A stretch of DNA of 64,000 nt from an uncultured Haemophilus sp. (GCF_902461185.1 NZ_CABPXD010000013.1); one strand, 5' to 3'. Shown: positions 17,620-27,287, numbered from the stretch's first letter. Notes: generated from the letters alone by a model not told the origin. A program made the numbers and translations.

Positions 17620-18441
17620 TTATTTTAGTATTCTACTTTTCAATACATCTACAAATCGTTCTGTTGCCCCTTCCCAACGATCTAAATATAACGCGGGCTC
17701 AATCAACTCTAATTCATTCAATAAAAATGTATTGTTAATAATCGTTCCATCTACTCGTGCATAGACCGGCATTTGAGGCAATTTATGTAAAACATGGCGT
17801 GCTGTTTCAATAATATAACCATCAACCTCAACAGGGATAATTTCAACTTTATATTGTGAATTCGCTCGCCATTCATTTTGAGGTGGCTGTCGGCGAATAG
17901 CATGACTAAATACACCATTGAAAAAAATCAAACTGGTTTCACCATTTGTCGCCACTTCAGGAATAAACGGCTGTAACACAACTTGCTCACCATACACAGA
18001 AAGATCGGGTAATGCTTCACCTTGTTTTAGTTTTGTCACCAAATTACCACTCTGCCCTACAGCAGGTTTAATGACAAATTCTGACCAATCTTGGCGTTCA
18101 AGTGCGGTCAAAATTTCAGATGTTTTTGCTGAACAAATAAGGGGTGGAATGACATTGATGCCCCAATTCCGCAAATCACATAAATAGCCTTTATGGCTAT
18201 TCCATAACATTAATTCCGCAGGATTGATGAATGCATTCTTATGCTGTTTAATCCATTGAGTAAATTCATCATAGAAATTTGCATAATCCCATGCTGCTAA
18301 AGGCAAAATAAAATGACCCTGTAATGTTTCTTGCCAAGGCAAAAATTGAGTAGGAATACCTTGATCAGAAAGTTGTGTTTGTACAGGAATAAGATTTTGA
18401 GGAACTGAAGGATACGTTTTGCAAGTGGTAATCGTAAGCAT
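17620..18441 (-). CDS. ATP-grasp-fold protein (RimK/glutathione-synthetase-like), substrate unknown
   Basis: ORF 17620..18486. ATG 18441 gives MLTITTCKTYP... The EFVIKPAVGQSG and LQPFIPE...GETSLIFFNG patterns are typical of small ATP-grasp ligases. The ATG at 18486 sits in the loop of the upstream hairpin. Confidence 0.6.
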   Translation of the reverse strand: MLTITTCKTYPSVPQNLIPVQTQLSDQGIPTQFLPWQETLQGHFILPLAAWDYANFYDEFTQWIKQHKNAFINPAELMLWNSHKGYLCDLRNWGINVIPPLICSAKTSEILTALERQDWSEFVIKPAVGQSGNLVTKLKQGEALPDLSVYGEQVVLQPFIPEVATNGETSLIFFNGVFSHAIRRQPPQNEWRANSQYKVEIIPVEVDGYIIETARHVLHKLPQMPVYARVDGTIINNTFLLNELELIEPALYLDRWEGATERFVDVLKSRILK

Positions 18442-18472
18442 GGTAAATAATAACGGGTTTAAGCATAAAGAA

Positions 18473-18500
18473 GATGCGCCAATCATTAAACTGGCGCATC
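18473..18500 (-). terminator. stem-loop after the pseudoazurin gene
   Basis: GATGCGCCA (18473-18481) pairs with TGGCGCATC (18492-18500) as a perfect 9-bp stem with a 10-nt loop. On the minus strand TTCTTTAT follows. Confidence 0.6.
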
Positions 18501-18511
18501 GATTTCAATGA

Positions 18512-18946
18512 TTATTTTACTTGAGAAAAATATTTTTCAAGACGACCTTTGTTCGTCATAGATTTTTTCTCGAGGTCTTTCACCACTTTCTCTGCTTGTT
18601 CTTTGTTTGGTAGATTATCACCCACTTGAATTACACCATTCATATTCATTGAACGGTGTACTGGGCAAGTATAAATATATACACCTTCTTTATCTAAAGT
18701 GATTGTGAGTTCCTGATCTTCTTCAGATTGGAATTTTTGTGCGCCCTCAGGAATCGCTTTACTGTGTACAAAGTGGCTTTTATTTTCTGCACGAAATGTC
18801 ACCGTATCACCCGGTTGTACTTTTAAATACCCCGGTTCAAAAACCATTGAGCCTTCACTGTTTGAATTCAACATTTTGATGTCATAATGTGCGGCTTGAG
18901 CAGCAAAACTTAATCCTAATAATGCTGCAAGTGCAATTTTTTTCAT
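18512..18946 (-). CDS. pseudoazurin (type-1 blue copper protein)
   Basis: ORF 18512..19027. ATG 18946 has AAGGA 8 nt upstream and gives the signal peptide MKKIALAALLGLSFAAQA. The mature part aligns with classical pseudoazurins (MLN...GSMVFEPGYLKVQPGDTVTF). The Cu ligands are present as His in KSHFVH and C-x2-H-x2-M-x-M in YTCPVHRSMNM. Confidence 0.8.
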   Translation of the reverse strand: MKKIALAALLGLSFAAQAAHYDIKMLNSNSEGSMVFEPGYLKVQPGDTVTFRAENKSHFVHSKAIPEGAQKFQSEEDQELTITLDKEGVYIYTCPVHRSMNMNGVIQVGDNLPNKEQAEKVVKDLEKKSMTNKGRLEKYFSQVK

Positions 18947-18959
18947 TTTTATTTCCTTC

Positions 18960-19733
18960 TTAAGAATGTGCTGATTTACGCTGTGGACGAACCACCGGCA
19001 AACCTGCACTACATTGTAATAATTCAACGTTTACACGATATAAACGATTAATGGTTTCTACTTGTAAAACATGATGTGCATCGCCCACGCCTTGCACTTT
19101 ACCTTCACCAAGTAAAATCAACTCATCTGAAAATTGAGCGGCAAGACTTAAATCATGTAATACCATTATAGTAATCAGATTTTTCTGTTTCGTATAGGTG
19201 TAAACTTCTTCCAAGAGATTAAGCTGATGATGCATATCTAACGCACTCACCGGCTCATCTAACATTAAAATCTGTGGTTCACGTAATAAAACCTGAGCAA
19301 ACATCACCATTTGGCGCTGCCCACCACTGAGATTCAGGATATCACGATGGGCTAAATGACCAACACCTAATTGTGCCATAATACTTGCTGCTTCAGTGAG
19401 AAGCTCATCGCTCACTCGCATCGTTAGACTATCCATTCGTCCTAAAAGGACCACTTCAAGTGCGGTCAAGCTTGCATCTACGCGACTATCTTGAGGCATA
19501 TAGCCAATTGGTTTACGCCAATCTGCTAATTTCGTCCGTTCTAACTGTTTGCCTTGATAGGTAATTATTCCTTCATGTGGCAATTCACCAAAAATGGTTT
19601 TCAGCATGGAGGATTTTCCCGTGCCGTTTGGTCCTAGTACCGTATACACTTTACCTTCTTCAAAACGGACATTAATGTGATCAGCAACGGTGAGATCACC
19701 TCGTTTTACCGTAAGATTCTTTAATTCTAACAT
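18960..19733 (-). CDS. ABC importer ATP-binding protein (FecE/BtuD type)
   Basis: Walker A GPNGTGKSS, signature LSGGQRQMV and Walker B LMLDEPVSALD. The start overlaps the permease stop. Confidence 0.9.
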   Translation of the reverse strand: MLELKNLTVKRGDLTVADHINVRFEEGKVYTVLGPNGTGKSSMLKTIFGELPHEGIITYQGKQLERTKLADWRKPIGYMPQDSRVDASLTALEVVLLGRMDSLTMRVSDELLTEAASIMAQLGVGHLAHRDILNLSGGQRQMVMFAQVLLREPQILMLDEPVSALDMHHQLNLLEEVYTYTKQKNLITIMVLHDLSLAAQFSDELILLGEGKVQGVGDAHHVLQVETINRLYRVNVELLQCSAGLPVVRPQRKSAHS

Positions 19734-20782
19734 TATTGTCCCCGCTTGTTATTTAAAATAATCCAAAAGAAGAAAGGCACCCCAATAAACGAGGTAACAA
19801 TACCCACTGGAAATAATGCACCAGGGATAATAACTTTGGATAATACCGAAGAAAGGGATAAGAATGCCGCACCAACTAACATGGCTCCCGGTAAGAAGAA
19901 ACGTTGATCTTCACCAAGTAACATTCGAGCAACATGTGGAGCAACTAAGCCGATAAAGCCAATCACGCCCACGAAACTGATTGCTGTCGCCGTCATCATG
20001 GCGACAAGAACTAAAACCTTAATGCGTAATACTTGCAAATTGATGCCAAGACTCGCCGCACGATCTTCGCCTAAACGAAGTGCGGTCAATTTCCAAAGCT
20101 CTTTTGAAAGTAATGCGACACAAATTGTGGTGACGACAATAATGATGATTAAACTTTGCCATGTCGCTTTATTTAAGCTACCAAATAGCCAGAATAGAAT
20201 TTGTTGCGATACTTCCGGCGCTGAAATAAATTGCACTAATGAAAGTAAGGATTGGAAAATAAAGAGTAATGCAATCCCTACCAACACGAGCATTTCAGAA
20301 TTAAAACGACGTTTAGACGCGAACAAGAAAAGAATTCCAGAGGCGAGCATAGTCATGACAAACGCACCAATGGGTACTGCAACTTGTACGGGCAAACCAA
20401 AGCTCCCGAAAGCAATCACAATAGAAGCACCAAAACCAGCCGCAGCAGCCAATCCTAATGTATAAGGACTTGCCATGGGGTTATTTAATAAGGTTTGGAT
20501 CTCTGCTCCACCTACAGCTAGTGTAGCCCCGACTACAAGCGCCATCAATGCCATAGGTAAACGTAAATTATGCACAATATTGTCTGTCATTTTATCCACT
20601 TCACCGATACCGAATAACGCATTCACGACTTCCGATACCGATAGCATCGCGGGGCCGGTCATCACATCAAGGATAAGACTGACCACGCCAATCACAAGAA
20701 AAGATAAAATAACAAACCAGCGTTTGCGTTCAAGCTTACGCTGGTTAGCCACAATATTTGCTACAACAGAATTGTTTTTCAT
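19733..20782 (-). CDS. FecCD-family (type II) ABC importer permease
   Basis: 349 aa with about 10 TM segments and an FecCD/BtuC-like pattern. Confidence 0.88.
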   Translation of the reverse strand: MKNNSVVANIVANQRKLERKRWFVILSFLVIGVVSLILDVMTGPAMLSVSEVVNALFGIGEVDKMTDNIVHNLRLPMALMALVVGATLAVGGAEIQTLLNNPMASPYTLGLAAAAGFGASIVIAFGSFGLPVQVAVPIGAFVMTMLASGILFLFASKRRFNSEMLVLVGIALLFIFQSLLSLVQFISAPEVSQQILFWLFGSLNKATWQSLIIIIVVTTICVALLSKELWKLTALRLGEDRAASLGINLQVLRIKVLVLVAMMTATAISFVGVIGFIGLVAPHVARMLLGEDQRFFLPGAMLVGAAFLSLSSVLSKVIIPGALFPVGIVTSFIGVPFFFWIILNNKRGQ

Positions 20783-20797
20783 TGATTAACGTTTCCC

Positions 20798-21913
20798 TTA
20801 TTTAGTTTCAGGGAAAAGATAAATCGTACCTTCCGGCGTAACCGGTAAGTAGTTTTTATAGAAGTTTAAGTAAGTTTGTTGCGGATCTAAATCTTTGAAA
20901 AGATCAGGATACGCCGCTTTAGCCACAAACTGAACGGAAGCGCTATCAGATAAAGTACGAGAGTTCGCATGATATGCTGCATAAACACGGTTATTTTTCA
21001 CTGCCGGTAATTCAGCCCAGCCAGCACGTTGTTTGAATCCATTTAAGCGACGTTCCGCTTCTGCTTTTTCAATACCAAAGCCCATTACCATGCCTTCTTG
21101 ATTTTTCTTCAATTCAGTTTCACGGCCGGTAATAATAATCGCATCCGGTTTCGCGGCTAATACTTTTTCAGCAGCTAATGTACCCCATTTACCGATTTCT
21201 GCTGGCGCCACATTTTCTGCGCCTACAAGGCTAATCATAGAGCCCCACATGCTTGAGAAGAATGTCATCCCTTGTTCAGCTGGGCCACCACGACCGAACT
21301 CTACATACACTTTTGGTTGTTTTGCTAATTTCGCATTTTTAACCGTCGTTTGAATATGTTCTACGATGTCTTTGTATTCTTTCGCCATTTTCGCAGCACG
21401 ATCTTTCTGCCCCGTCAATTGACCAATAATTTCCGTTGATTTGATGTGTTTATCTAAGGTTTGAGCATTGTAATCTAATACAACAATTGGAATACCCGCT
21501 TCATTGATAGCATCTAAATCAGATCCTAGCATTTCGTACTGCCAATCAGCTAAGACTAAAAGATCAGGTTTTAATGAAAGCACTTTTTCCACAGAGAACG
21601 TGCCTTCTTCTACTTCACCTACATCATCTAATTGATTCAATTTTGGCACCGCTTTGCTGAATAACTCCCAGCTTACAGGTGCCCAAGAAGACCATACTTT
21701 CTTAGAAAAACCGACAACGTTATCTAACGCTTTGTCACCACCAACTGCCATATAATCTTGATAGTAGAAACCAAGCACCACACGTTTTGCTGGTAAATCA
21801 ACGGTGACTTCACGATCAAGTATATCTTTTACTTTCACGGGATCAGCATTGGCAAAACCTGCAGTTAAACCAAGAATAGTGGCAATCGCTAAAGTTGAAA
21901 AACGTCTTTTCAT
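20798..21913 (-). CDS. periplasmic substrate-binding protein of the metal-chelate (Peripla_BP_2, FecB/FhuD-like) class
   Basis: 371 aa with a signal peptide ending in ANA. The two-lobe pattern (VVLGFYY..., PDLLVLADW, PDAIIITG) is typical of class III binding proteins. The ligand cannot be told from the sequence. Confidence 0.75.
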   Translation of the reverse strand: MKRRFSTLAIATILGLTAGFANADPVKVKDILDREVTVDLPAKRVVLGFYYQDYMAVGGDKALDNVVGFSKKVWSSWAPVSWELFSKAVPKLNQLDDVGEVEEGTFSVEKVLSLKPDLLVLADWQYEMLGSDLDAINEAGIPIVVLDYNAQTLDKHIKSTEIIGQLTGQKDRAAKMAKEYKDIVEHIQTTVKNAKLAKQPKVYVEFGRGGPAEQGMTFFSSMWGSMISLVGAENVAPAEIGKWGTLAAEKVLAAKPDAIIITGRETELKKNQEGMVMGFGIEKAEAERRLNGFKQRAGWAELPAVKNNRVYAAYHANSRTLSDSASVQFVAKAAYPDLFKDLDPQQTYLNFYKNYLPVTPEGTIYLFPETK

Positions 21914-21944
21914 AAGAAAAATCTCCTGAGTAAAATCAAATAAT

Positions 21945-21966
21945 TTAAATGATAATAATTATTAAT
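21945..21966 (-). promoter_or_regulatory. Fur box upstream of the ABC importer/pseudoazurin operon
   Basis: AATGATAATAATTATTAAT matches 14/19 when aligned to GATAATGATAATCATTATC and is itself near-palindromic. It lies 35-50 nt upstream of ATG 21913. Confidence 0.65.
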
Positions 21967-22012
21967 ACGAATAATAGCGAAAACGATTGCTAAATTCAAC
22001 TCAGGCGTTTAA

Positions 22013-23155
22013 TTATTCTTCGTAAGCTTCGTCAGTTAACGTTTTTAAGAATGCTTCTAACGCATTAATCTCTTCATCTGTTAGCGGTTTTGCTTTTAAA
22101 ACATCAGGATTAATGGTTTGAGCATATTCGGCTTTATCCCACGCTTTCCCTGTTTCAGGATTCACTTTACGATTAGGATTATTGAAACTGTCTTTAAATA
22201 GTAAAACGGTTTTTAAATCGCGGAAAACACCGTTATGCATATAAGGCGCAGTGACACCAATGTTACGCAAAGTTGGTACTTTAAATTTACCTTTTTGCTT
22301 TTTATCACCTTTCACCATCGGATTATCCAATAGTCCATTATCTACAAAATCTGCAGCTAATTTATTGTGCTTAATTAATTCTTGGTTACTTGGTACGCCA
22401 ATATTGTAATAACGATAATTCGTAAAGGTTTCTTTTACTGAATTCGCTTCACTTGATTGGTGGCAGTTACTACAATTTGTGCGTGTTTTATCAAAAAATA
22501 ATGCCTTACCTTCGGCTTCAAGTGCGGTCAATTTTGCTTCACCTTTTAAAGCTCGATCATATTTTGAAGAGAATGGCGCAAATAATTCCTGTTTTTCGAA
22601 CTCGCCAATGGCTTTTTCCATGATGGCATAAATCTTGTCGGTATCTGCCCAAATGCTTTCACCATAAAGATCCGTAATAGGTTTGTAATAGGTCGGATCT
22701 GCTTTTAAACGTTCAACAATGGCTTTTTTGTCCGGCATGCCCATTTCCACAGGGTTTACTGGTGGCCCACCTGCTTGCTCAGCTAAATCTTTCGCTCGAC
22801 CATCCCAGAACTGTCCGCCTACATAATCTTTAATTTTTTTATCAAAATGAAAATCCGGAGAGAACATCGCATAAAGCGCAGTATTGGCATTGCGATTACC
22901 ATGAAGATGAGGATTATCCCCTTCTGAGACCATTTGATTTGCAGAATTCTTACGTTGATCCACAAAGGCGGTATCTGGGCTATGGCAAGTCGAACAACTT
23001 TGTGTTTTATTAAAAGAAATAGACTTATCAAAAAACAGCACTTCACCCAGTGCTTTATAGTCCAATTCTTTTTTTGCTGCTTGATCAGCCAATGCATAAT
23101 TACTCTGCATCAAAGGTGCAAACAGTAAAATAGAAAGCCATTTTTTTTGCATCAT
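22013..23155 (-). CDS. dihaem cytochrome c peroxidase / MauG-family enzyme
   Basis: ORF 22013..23164 starts at TTG. ATG 23155 has GGAG 6 nt upstream. Two haem motifs are present (CSTCH and CSNCH), together with QFWDGRA, VNPVEMG and PTLRNIGVTAPYMHNG. Confidence 0.85.
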   Translation of the reverse strand: MMQKKWLSILLFAPLMQSNYALADQAAKKELDYKALGEVLFFDKSISFNKTQSCSTCHSPDTAFVDQRKNSANQMVSEGDNPHLHGNRNANTALYAMFSPDFHFDKKIKDYVGGQFWDGRAKDLAEQAGGPPVNPVEMGMPDKKAIVERLKADPTYYKPITDLYGESIWADTDKIYAIMEKAIGEFEKQELFAPFSSKYDRALKGEAKLTALEAEGKALFFDKTRTNCSNCHQSSEANSVKETFTNYRYYNIGVPSNQELIKHNKLAADFVDNGLLDNPMVKGDKKQKGKFKVPTLRNIGVTAPYMHNGVFRDLKTVLLFKDSFNNPNRKVNPETGKAWDKAEYAQTINPDVLKAKPLTDEEINALEAFLKTLTDEAYEE

Positions 23156-23181
23156 GTTCTCCAAATATTCAAATTATAGAT

Positions 23182-23213
23182 AAAAAATAATCCAACAAAG
23201 CTTTGTTGGATTA
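23182..23213 (-). terminator. rho-independent terminator after mltB
   Basis: taatccaacaaag pairs with ctttgttggatta as a perfect palindrome, with a T-run on the minus strand. Confidence 0.75.
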
Positions 23214-23231
23214 TAAAAGGAAAATAATTTT

Positions 23232-24347
23232 CTACAAGCCGGTGGCCATCTTAATGCGATCAGCAAACATACCGATGCTCACGCCGAAGTAATTTGATTT
23301 GTTCCAATCTAAAATCGTGCGGTAGTTATTGGAGACTAAGAATGCACGCCCAACTTCTTTATCTGGGCGAACTAGCCAAAGATCGGCTTGCGAAAGCGCG
23401 GCAAGTTTATCTTGTTCTTGTTGGCTAAAGCTCGCTAAAGTGACACCTTTAGACTGCCAGTCGCTGAGTGAACGTGCTTTATTCTTCTCAATACCAGAAA
23501 GCGATAAATCTAATGGTTGATTTAATGTTACTTCTACACCCCAAGGCAATTTGTTATCCCAACCTACAGTGTGGAGATAATTTGCAATTGAAGCAAACGC
23601 ATCAAATTGGTTCGTCCAAATGTCCTTCACACCATCATTATTGCCATCTGCTGCATAATTTAAGAATGCACTTGGCATGAATTGGGTTTGCCCCATTGCA
23701 CCCGCCCAAGAACCTAACATTCTGTGGCGTTGAATATGATCACGTTCTAACATCTTCATCGCATTCACAAATTCTTTGCTAAATAAGGCTTCACGTCTGC
23801 CATCAAAGGCTAATGTGGCTAAAGCTGATAGTACATCATAGCTACCTTGATAATAGCCAAAACTACTTTCCATACCCCATAAAGCAAGGATATATTCTTG
23901 TTGAACGCCATAGCGTTGGCTGGCTTGTTGTAATGGTGCCTGGACTTCCCAATAACGCTCTTCGGCAATGTCTACTTTGTTTTGGGTCAGTACTTTATTC
24001 AAATAATTCGTTGTACCGTTTGGATTCGGTAACTGTGGTTGATCCGCATTACGCTGACTTCTCCCCGCTTGAGCACGATCCAAATCCACAGCTTTTTGCA
24101 TATATTGAATATTATTTTGTGCATTCAATATTGACAACGATACGCCTTCAGCAGCCGCTTTGCCTTTTAAGAACTGTACATAATCATTAAAGTTATCTAA
24201 AGTTCTCGGTTTGCTATAAACAGCATTACTGCTTACTGACGGAATACTTTTTGTGGATGACGTGGTTGTTGTCGTATTGCTTGAACAACCCACTAATAAA
24301 AGTGCGGTCGATAATGCCGTCATTTTTAACGTTGAGATTAAATTCAT
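23232..24347 (-). CDS. mltB: lytic murein transglycosylase B, lipoprotein
   Basis: ORF 23232..24371. ATG 24347 has AAGGA upstream and gives MNLISTLKMTALSTALLLVGC, which contains a lipobox. The SLT_2 pattern is present (WGMESSFG, GAMGQTQFMPS). Confidence 0.88.
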   Translation of the reverse strand: MNLISTLKMTALSTALLLVGCSSNTTTTTSSTKSIPSVSSNAVYSKPRTLDNFNDYVQFLKGKAAAEGVSLSILNAQNNIQYMQKAVDLDRAQAGRSQRNADQPQLPNPNGTTNYLNKVLTQNKVDIAEERYWEVQAPLQQASQRYGVQQEYILALWGMESSFGYYQGSYDVLSALATLAFDGRREALFSKEFVNAMKMLERDHIQRHRMLGSWAGAMGQTQFMPSAFLNYAADGNNDGVKDIWTNQFDAFASIANYLHTVGWDNKLPWGVEVTLNQPLDLSLSGIEKNKARSLSDWQSKGVTLASFSQQEQDKLAALSQADLWLVRPDKEVGRAFLVSNNYRTILDWNKSNYFGVSIGMFADRIKMATGL

Positions 24348-24380
24348 TTCTTTTCCTTTTTTAATTATCAAAATATCGCA

Positions 24381-25184
24381 TTATTTGCGTAAAAATTGGT
24401 TATAAACAGCTTTCAATAATGAGGTTGGTAATAAGCGAGAACCTGAACGCAAGGCAAAGGTGAATAGGCCAGAAAATAAACCTTGAATACCTAAGCGATG
24501 TTTCAATTTAAATAAACGCCATTCTGCTTTCGCTTGGTTTAAACCTCGACGACGCCCTACCATGCCATTGCCCACGCGGGCATAAACTAAAATATCTGGC
24601 AAGTTTGCCACTTTTTGTCCTTGTGCTATGAGCTTAATCCACAGGTAATAATCTTCCTGTAAATCTTCATATCCACCACAATTAATGACCGCACTTTTTT
24701 GATATGCCACCGTCATGTGGTTGAACGGACAACGTTTTTGGGTAAATTTAACGATATCTTGTGCATCAGTCGGCACGTTACGATATGCCACAATGTCTTG
24801 AATATTTTCGCCAAACTCAGCAATCTGCCCACCGAAAATAATCGTATCCGGGTGCTGCTCAATAAACGCCACTTGTTTCGCAAAACGTTCTGGCACACAA
24901 ATATCATCGGTATCCATACGGAATACCCAATCGGGTGAACAATGTTTCAATCCTTCATTGAGTGCTTTACCTAAACCTAAATTTTTTGGCAATTTCACTA
25001 AGTTTAAGGGTAATTTTGTTTCGAATTCAGAAACCACGGCTTCCAATTCAGGTGTGACAGCACCATCAAACACCAACACAATCTCATCTGCCGGATGGGT
25101 TTGAGCCACTAAACTTTCAAAACATTCTCTTAAATATTGTGGGTTTTCCTTAATATATAAGGACATTAAAACTGAAAATTTCAT
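24381..25184 (-). CDS. family-2 glycosyltransferase (LOS/LPS or polysaccharide synthesis)
   Basis: The N-terminus FSVLMSLYIKENPQYL...VLVFDG and the DTDD motif are GT2 hallmarks. Confidence 0.8.
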   Translation of the reverse strand: MKFSVLMSLYIKENPQYLRECFESLVAQTHPADEIVLVFDGAVTPELEAVVSEFETKLPLNLVKLPKNLGLGKALNEGLKHCSPDWVFRMDTDDICVPERFAKQVAFIEQHPDTIIFGGQIAEFGENIQDIVAYRNVPTDAQDIVKFTQKRCPFNHMTVAYQKSAVINCGGYEDLQEDYYLWIKLIAQGQKVANLPDILVYARVGNGMVGRRRGLNQAKAEWRLFKLKHRLGIQGLFSGLFTFALRSGSRLLPTSLLKAVYNQFLRK

Positions 25185-25206
25185 ACTTCTCTATCTAATA
25201 AGTTAT

Positions 25207-26088
25207 CTACATAAATCGCTTCAAATTAATTGCCAATTTAGGTGAAATTAAAACCACAAAGGCAATGACTAGCTGCTTAATACTTTTCGTTAATTTAAAA
25301 ATTTCAAAATAGTAAAAAGCCGCTTTACGGGATAAATTCATAATATGTGGGTAAGCCAACATATATTGTGCGTTGATGGCAAAATTCTTTTCTTGTTCTG
25401 CCGTTTTCACATAATGTTCACGGATATAATCAATCGCTTTTTGCGTATTAGTGGTATCTGTTGATACGCTAGAACGCTTGGTATGGAAGGTACAATAAGT
25501 TAATGGTTCTGCCACTTTGTACGCTTTAAACGTTGGATCTTGTACAAGCTTCAGCAAGAAATCATAGTCTTCCAATGAACGAAGTGCGGTCGATAATCCA
25601 CCGATTTTTAAAAACAGATCTTTTTTCACTCCAACCATCGGCATACCACCGATTTTATTCGCCAGTAAAATTCGCTCTACGCTAATCTCTTGTGGCTCAA
25701 TTGGGTTAGTCACATAGCTAAAACCTTCATTGACCATTTCACATTTAGCTTGATGATAAACAAAGTTAACATCGGGATGCTCGACAATCACATCGGCTAA
25801 TTTCTGACATTTATCATTTGCAAAACGATCATCGTCATCAAGAAATAACAACCATTCATTATCCGCATTTCGTGCCCCAATATTACGGCTTTCTGCCGCC
25901 CCTTGATTGGTTTCGTTACGAATCACTTTAACTGCAAATGGATATGATTGTGTTACTTCAACGGCTTCTTTTGAGCAATCATCCACAATCACCACATCAA
26001 AATTATAGGTGGTTTGCTTGGTTAAACTTTCCAATAACGCAGGAATTTCTTCTTTCCGATTATAAGAAGGCACGATGATACTAAACAT
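25207..26088 (-). CDS. family-2 glycosyltransferase
   Basis: ORF 25207..26139. ATG 26088 has AAGGAG upstream and gives MFSIIVPSYNRKEE...VVIVDDCS...LFLDDDD. It overlaps the stop of the upstream gene by 8 nt. Confidence 0.8.
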   Translation of the reverse strand: MFSIIVPSYNRKEEIPALLESLTKQTTYNFDVVIVDDCSKEAVEVTQSYPFAVKVIRNETNQGAAESRNIGARNADNEWLLFLDDDDRFANDKCQKLADVIVEHPDVNFVYHQAKCEMVNEGFSYVTNPIEPQEISVERILLANKIGGMPMVGVKKDLFLKIGGLSTALRSLEDYDFLLKLVQDPTFKAYKVAEPLTYCTFHTKRSSVSTDTTNTQKAIDYIREHYVKTAEQEKNFAINAQYMLAYPHIMNLSRKAAFYYFEIFKLTKSIKQLVIAFVVLISPKLAINLKRFM

Positions 26089-27280
26089 CTTTCGGCTCCT
26101 TTTGTTTAAATAAAATAAGTTGTTTACCTTGAGTGCCAAAAAGCGATAAGAACATCAACATGACAAACATAATGCCCGGGAAAGCAAAGGTATCCGCTTT
26201 GATGTTACAGAACGCTAAAATCACGAAAGCAGAAAGGATAAATTTCCAACTGCCATCAAACCAATTTAAGGCGACTTTGCGCACAAAATAGAAGGTCACA
26301 GCAAAACACACCAAAGCGTAAGACAGGCCACCATAAAGAATCTGGCGTAAGAAACCAGAGTCCGTATGCCCATAATAACGGCCAACCTCTAACTCACCGG
26401 TCATATACATGCCATCGCCATAAATGAACTGCTTAAGTGTTGGCATAAAGAGGTGGTTTTTCATCAACGTATCCGTTGACGAACTGACAAATCCTGCACC
26501 GTGTAATAAATTAATCACAGGCTCTAAAGCATGTGCCACATAAGGATTTTCTGGTAAGAAATAGGCCAATAATAATACTAAAACGGCGAATGCTATTAGG
26601 GATGGCACATAACGCCATTTGAAATACACTAAAATGCTCACGACGGATAATAGGAGGAATGTACGTCCTGAAATCAACCCAATACATAGCATAAAAAACA
26701 CTAAAACATTTGGAAGCGTATTATGTTTAGCGTTGTAAGCCAATAAAAAATGCAACAGCATTAAATAGAACAAACTCAATTGGAAAAAGGCGGTTGCAGT
26801 GATGTTATATAAGCGATACTCCTGCTCTGAACCATAAAAACGTGCAGGCAACACCGCATTAGTTGAAAGCAACAAATCAATCATAAATGATGCACCAAGC
26901 AAGCCAATCACGCCCACTACAAACTGCACTACTACACCGAGTTGTAAATCACGCACCACTTTCTGTTGACCATTTACATTGGCATAGAAGGCATTATAAA
27001 GCCCCACACCAAAGATAAATAAAATCAGCTCTTTTACATACATGGTGATGACAGAAAAATCTCGCGTACCGTTAACTAAAAGCGGAATCACGCTAAATGC
27101 AATCAGCCCAATGATGACGGCTAAACTATCTACTGGTACAGTGATACCTTGTGGTTTCTGCTTTTTAAAATATTGATAAGCCAATACAACCAATGCCGCT
27201 AAACCTGCGACGAATGACATTCGTACAACATGAAACAGCCAAGGATCGTAAAGATAAAAAAGATTAAAAAGTGCGGTCAT
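26081..27280 (-). CDS. polytopic O-antigen polymerase/ligase-like (Wzy-type) membrane protein
   Basis: 399 aa with about 10-11 TM segments and one larger loop. It is embedded between glycosyltransferase genes. The call rests on topology and context only. Confidence 0.5.
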   Translation of the reverse strand: MTALFNLFYLYDPWLFHVVRMSFVAGLAALVVLAYQYFKKQKPQGITVPVDSLAVIIGLIAFSVIPLLVNGTRDFSVITMYVKELILFIFGVGLYNAFYANVNGQQKVVRDLQLGVVVQFVVGVIGLLGASFMIDLLLSTNAVLPARFYGSEQEYRLYNITATAFFQLSLFYLMLLHFLLAYNAKHNTLPNVLVFFMLCIGLISGRTFLLLSVVSILVYFKWRYVPSLIAFAVLVLLLAYFLPENPYVAHALEPVINLLHGAGFVSSSTDTLMKNHLFMPTLKQFIYGDGMYMTGELEVGRYYGHTDSGFLRQILYGGLSYALVCFAVTFYFVRKVALNWFDGSWKFILSAFVILAFCNIKADTFAFPGIMFVMLMFLSLFGTQGKQLILFKQKEPKDV

Positions 27281-27287
27281 TTTTACG

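Noticed and set aside
23141-23148. An A8 tract (T8 on the plus strand) in codons 3-5 of the cytochrome c peroxidase gene, as a possible phase-variation switch.
   Set aside because: Eight residues is at the low end for slipped-strand switching. The tract simply encodes Q-K-K of the signal peptide n-region. Without strain comparison there is no evidence of length variation.
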